Below are positions 63,108 through 64,000 of a DNA stretch of 64,000 nt, piece after piece. This stretch comes from an uncultured Clostridia bacterium (lineage in GTDB: Bacteria; Bacillota; Clostridia; Christensenellales; UBA1242). The stretch spans positions 4,171-68,170 of the forward strand of contig CALWPI010000002.1 of assembly GCA_944383385.1 (NCBI GenBank), read 5' to 3'. The notes beneath the pieces were generated by a model. The model saw only the letters and a list, made by a program, of their open reading frames with translations. It was not told the origin of the DNA and did not search any database. A program made the position numbers and the translations under genes. How positions within the stretch are numbered: the first letter of the stretch is position 1; every line of letters begins with the position of its first letter.

Positions 63108-64000
63108 CTAAATGTAGTCTTGCAACCTCTTACTTCTATTTGGATTTCTTAATTTGCGTAGTGCTTTTGCTTCTATTTGACGGATTCTTTCACGAGTGAC
63201 GTTGAATTCTTTACCCACTTCTTCAAGTGTCCTTGGATGATTATCATCAAGGCCATGACGCAGTCTAATGACTTTTTGCTCTCTTGGTGTCAATGTCTCA
63301 ATAACTGCCATTAGTTGTTCACGTAACAAGTCATGTGCAGCACTTTCTGTTGGAGAATCAACTGTATCATCTTCGATAAAGTCAGATATTTTACTTTCGT
63401 CTTCTTCCCCGACTGGGCTCTCTAAACTGACTGGGTCTTGTGCAATTTTTTGAATTTCGCACACTCTATCTTCACTTATTCCCATTCTTTCAGCGATTTC
63501 ACTATTGTTTGGCTCTCTACCCAATTCTTGTGTGAGTTGTTTTACGACACGAGACAATTTGTTGATAGTCTCCACCATATGCACAGGAACACGGATAGTT
63601 CTTCCTTGGTCTGCGATTGCACGTGTGATTGATTGTCTTATCCACCAAGTAGCATAAGTTGAGAATCTAAAACCTTTTGTGTAATCAAATTTGTCAACTG
63701 CTTTTAGTAGTCCCAAATTGCCTTCTTGAATCAAATCTAGAAATTGCATATTACGGTTAAGATATTTTTTCGCAATACTGACAACTAGTTTCAAGTTTCT
63801 TTCACATAGTTCTGCTTTTGCCCTCTCGTCACCTTGCAATATTCTCTTTGCAAGTTCTACTTCTTGTTCCGGTGTCAAAAGTTGGACTTGTCCAATATCT
63901 TTTAGATACATTTTGACTGGGTCATCTACTTTTACATTACTGATGATTTCTTTTAGGTCCTCATCTTTGATTTCGACTTCGGGTGTTTTCTCGACCACAA
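63108..64000 (-). CDS. sigA: RNA polymerase primary sigma factor SigA/RpoD, N-terminus beyond window edge
   Basis: Region 2 is [34 protein letters not shown], and region 4 is [28 protein letters not shown]. The ORF is open to the window end. Confidence 0.97.
   Translation of the reverse strand, partial: VVEKTPEVEIKDEDLKEIISNVKVDDPVKMYLKDIGQVQLLTPEQEVELAKRILQGDERAKAELCERNLKLVVSIAKKYLNRNMQFLDLIQEGNLGLLKAVDKFDYTKGFRFSTYATWWIRQSITRAIADQGRTIRVPVHMVETINKLSRVVKQLTQELGREPNNSEIAERMGISEDRVCEIQKIAQDPVSLESPVGEEDESKISDFIEDDTVDSPTESAAHDLLREQLMAVIETLTPREQKVIRLRHGLDDNHPRTLEEVGKEFNVTRERIRQIEAKALRKLRNPNRSKRLQDYI

Noticed and set aside
1-64000. Scan for CRISPR arrays, tRNA/rRNA genes, IS elements, integrases, prophage genes or toxin-antitoxin pairs.
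   Set aside because: I saw no repeat-spacer periodicity. No intergenic gap is large and GC-rich enough for a structured RNA gene. No ORF has transposase, integrase or toxin-like motifs, and every sizeable ORF is accounted for by a housekeeping family.

Overview
AT-rich, low-GC Bacillota (Clostridia-like endospore former) core-genome window. I call 73 protein genes, 66 of them on the minus strand, and every gene from 1 to 49565 is on the minus strand. In minus-strand transcription order (high to low coordinates) the content is: sigA-trmK; valS; pta-ackA; rpmF-plsX-rnc-smc-ftsY; ylxM-ffh-rpsP-KH-rimM-trmD-rbgA-rnhB-yraN; rplS; comM-dprA-topA-trmFO-hslVU-hisS-aspS-tcdA-trx; iscR-nifS-nifU; ruvX-DUF1292; rpsB-tsf; frr-uppS-cdsA-rseP; a PolC-like exonuclease; rimP-nusA-ylxR-ylxQ-infB-rbfA-nrnA-truB; an endonuclease-IV-like gene with efp; and a complete spoIIIAA-AH operon. 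The plus strand carries tmcAL (ylbM), ylbJ, a DUF4364-like gene with a TIGR03905-like gene, and a NitT/TauT-type ABC transporter. I found no rRNA, tRNA, CRISPR array, transposase, integrase or recognisable riboswitch or T-box. Many sigma-A-type promoters and intrinsic terminators can be read directly and are listed. I do not see a convincing novel multi-gene system; the window looks like ordinary housekeeping DNA. The most unusual items are: (1) a 522-aa PolC-derived protein (N-domain, OB fold, proofreading exonuclease) with no PHP or polymerase domains, sitting in the ancestral polC slot; (2) a minimal 66-aa SpoIIIAF; (3) an archaeal-type aspS in the hisS-aspS operon, fused behind hslVU with no T-box; (4) an unannotated 46-aa ORF ending the isc operon, and an IscU with a long basic tail; (5) an apparently leaderless ruvX; (6) a small cluster of unknown-function genes at 52.7-54.5 kb; (7) a 480-bp extremely AT-rich divergent control region containing a perfect 17-bp palindrome. 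All homology calls come from reading the translations by eye; no database search was possible.
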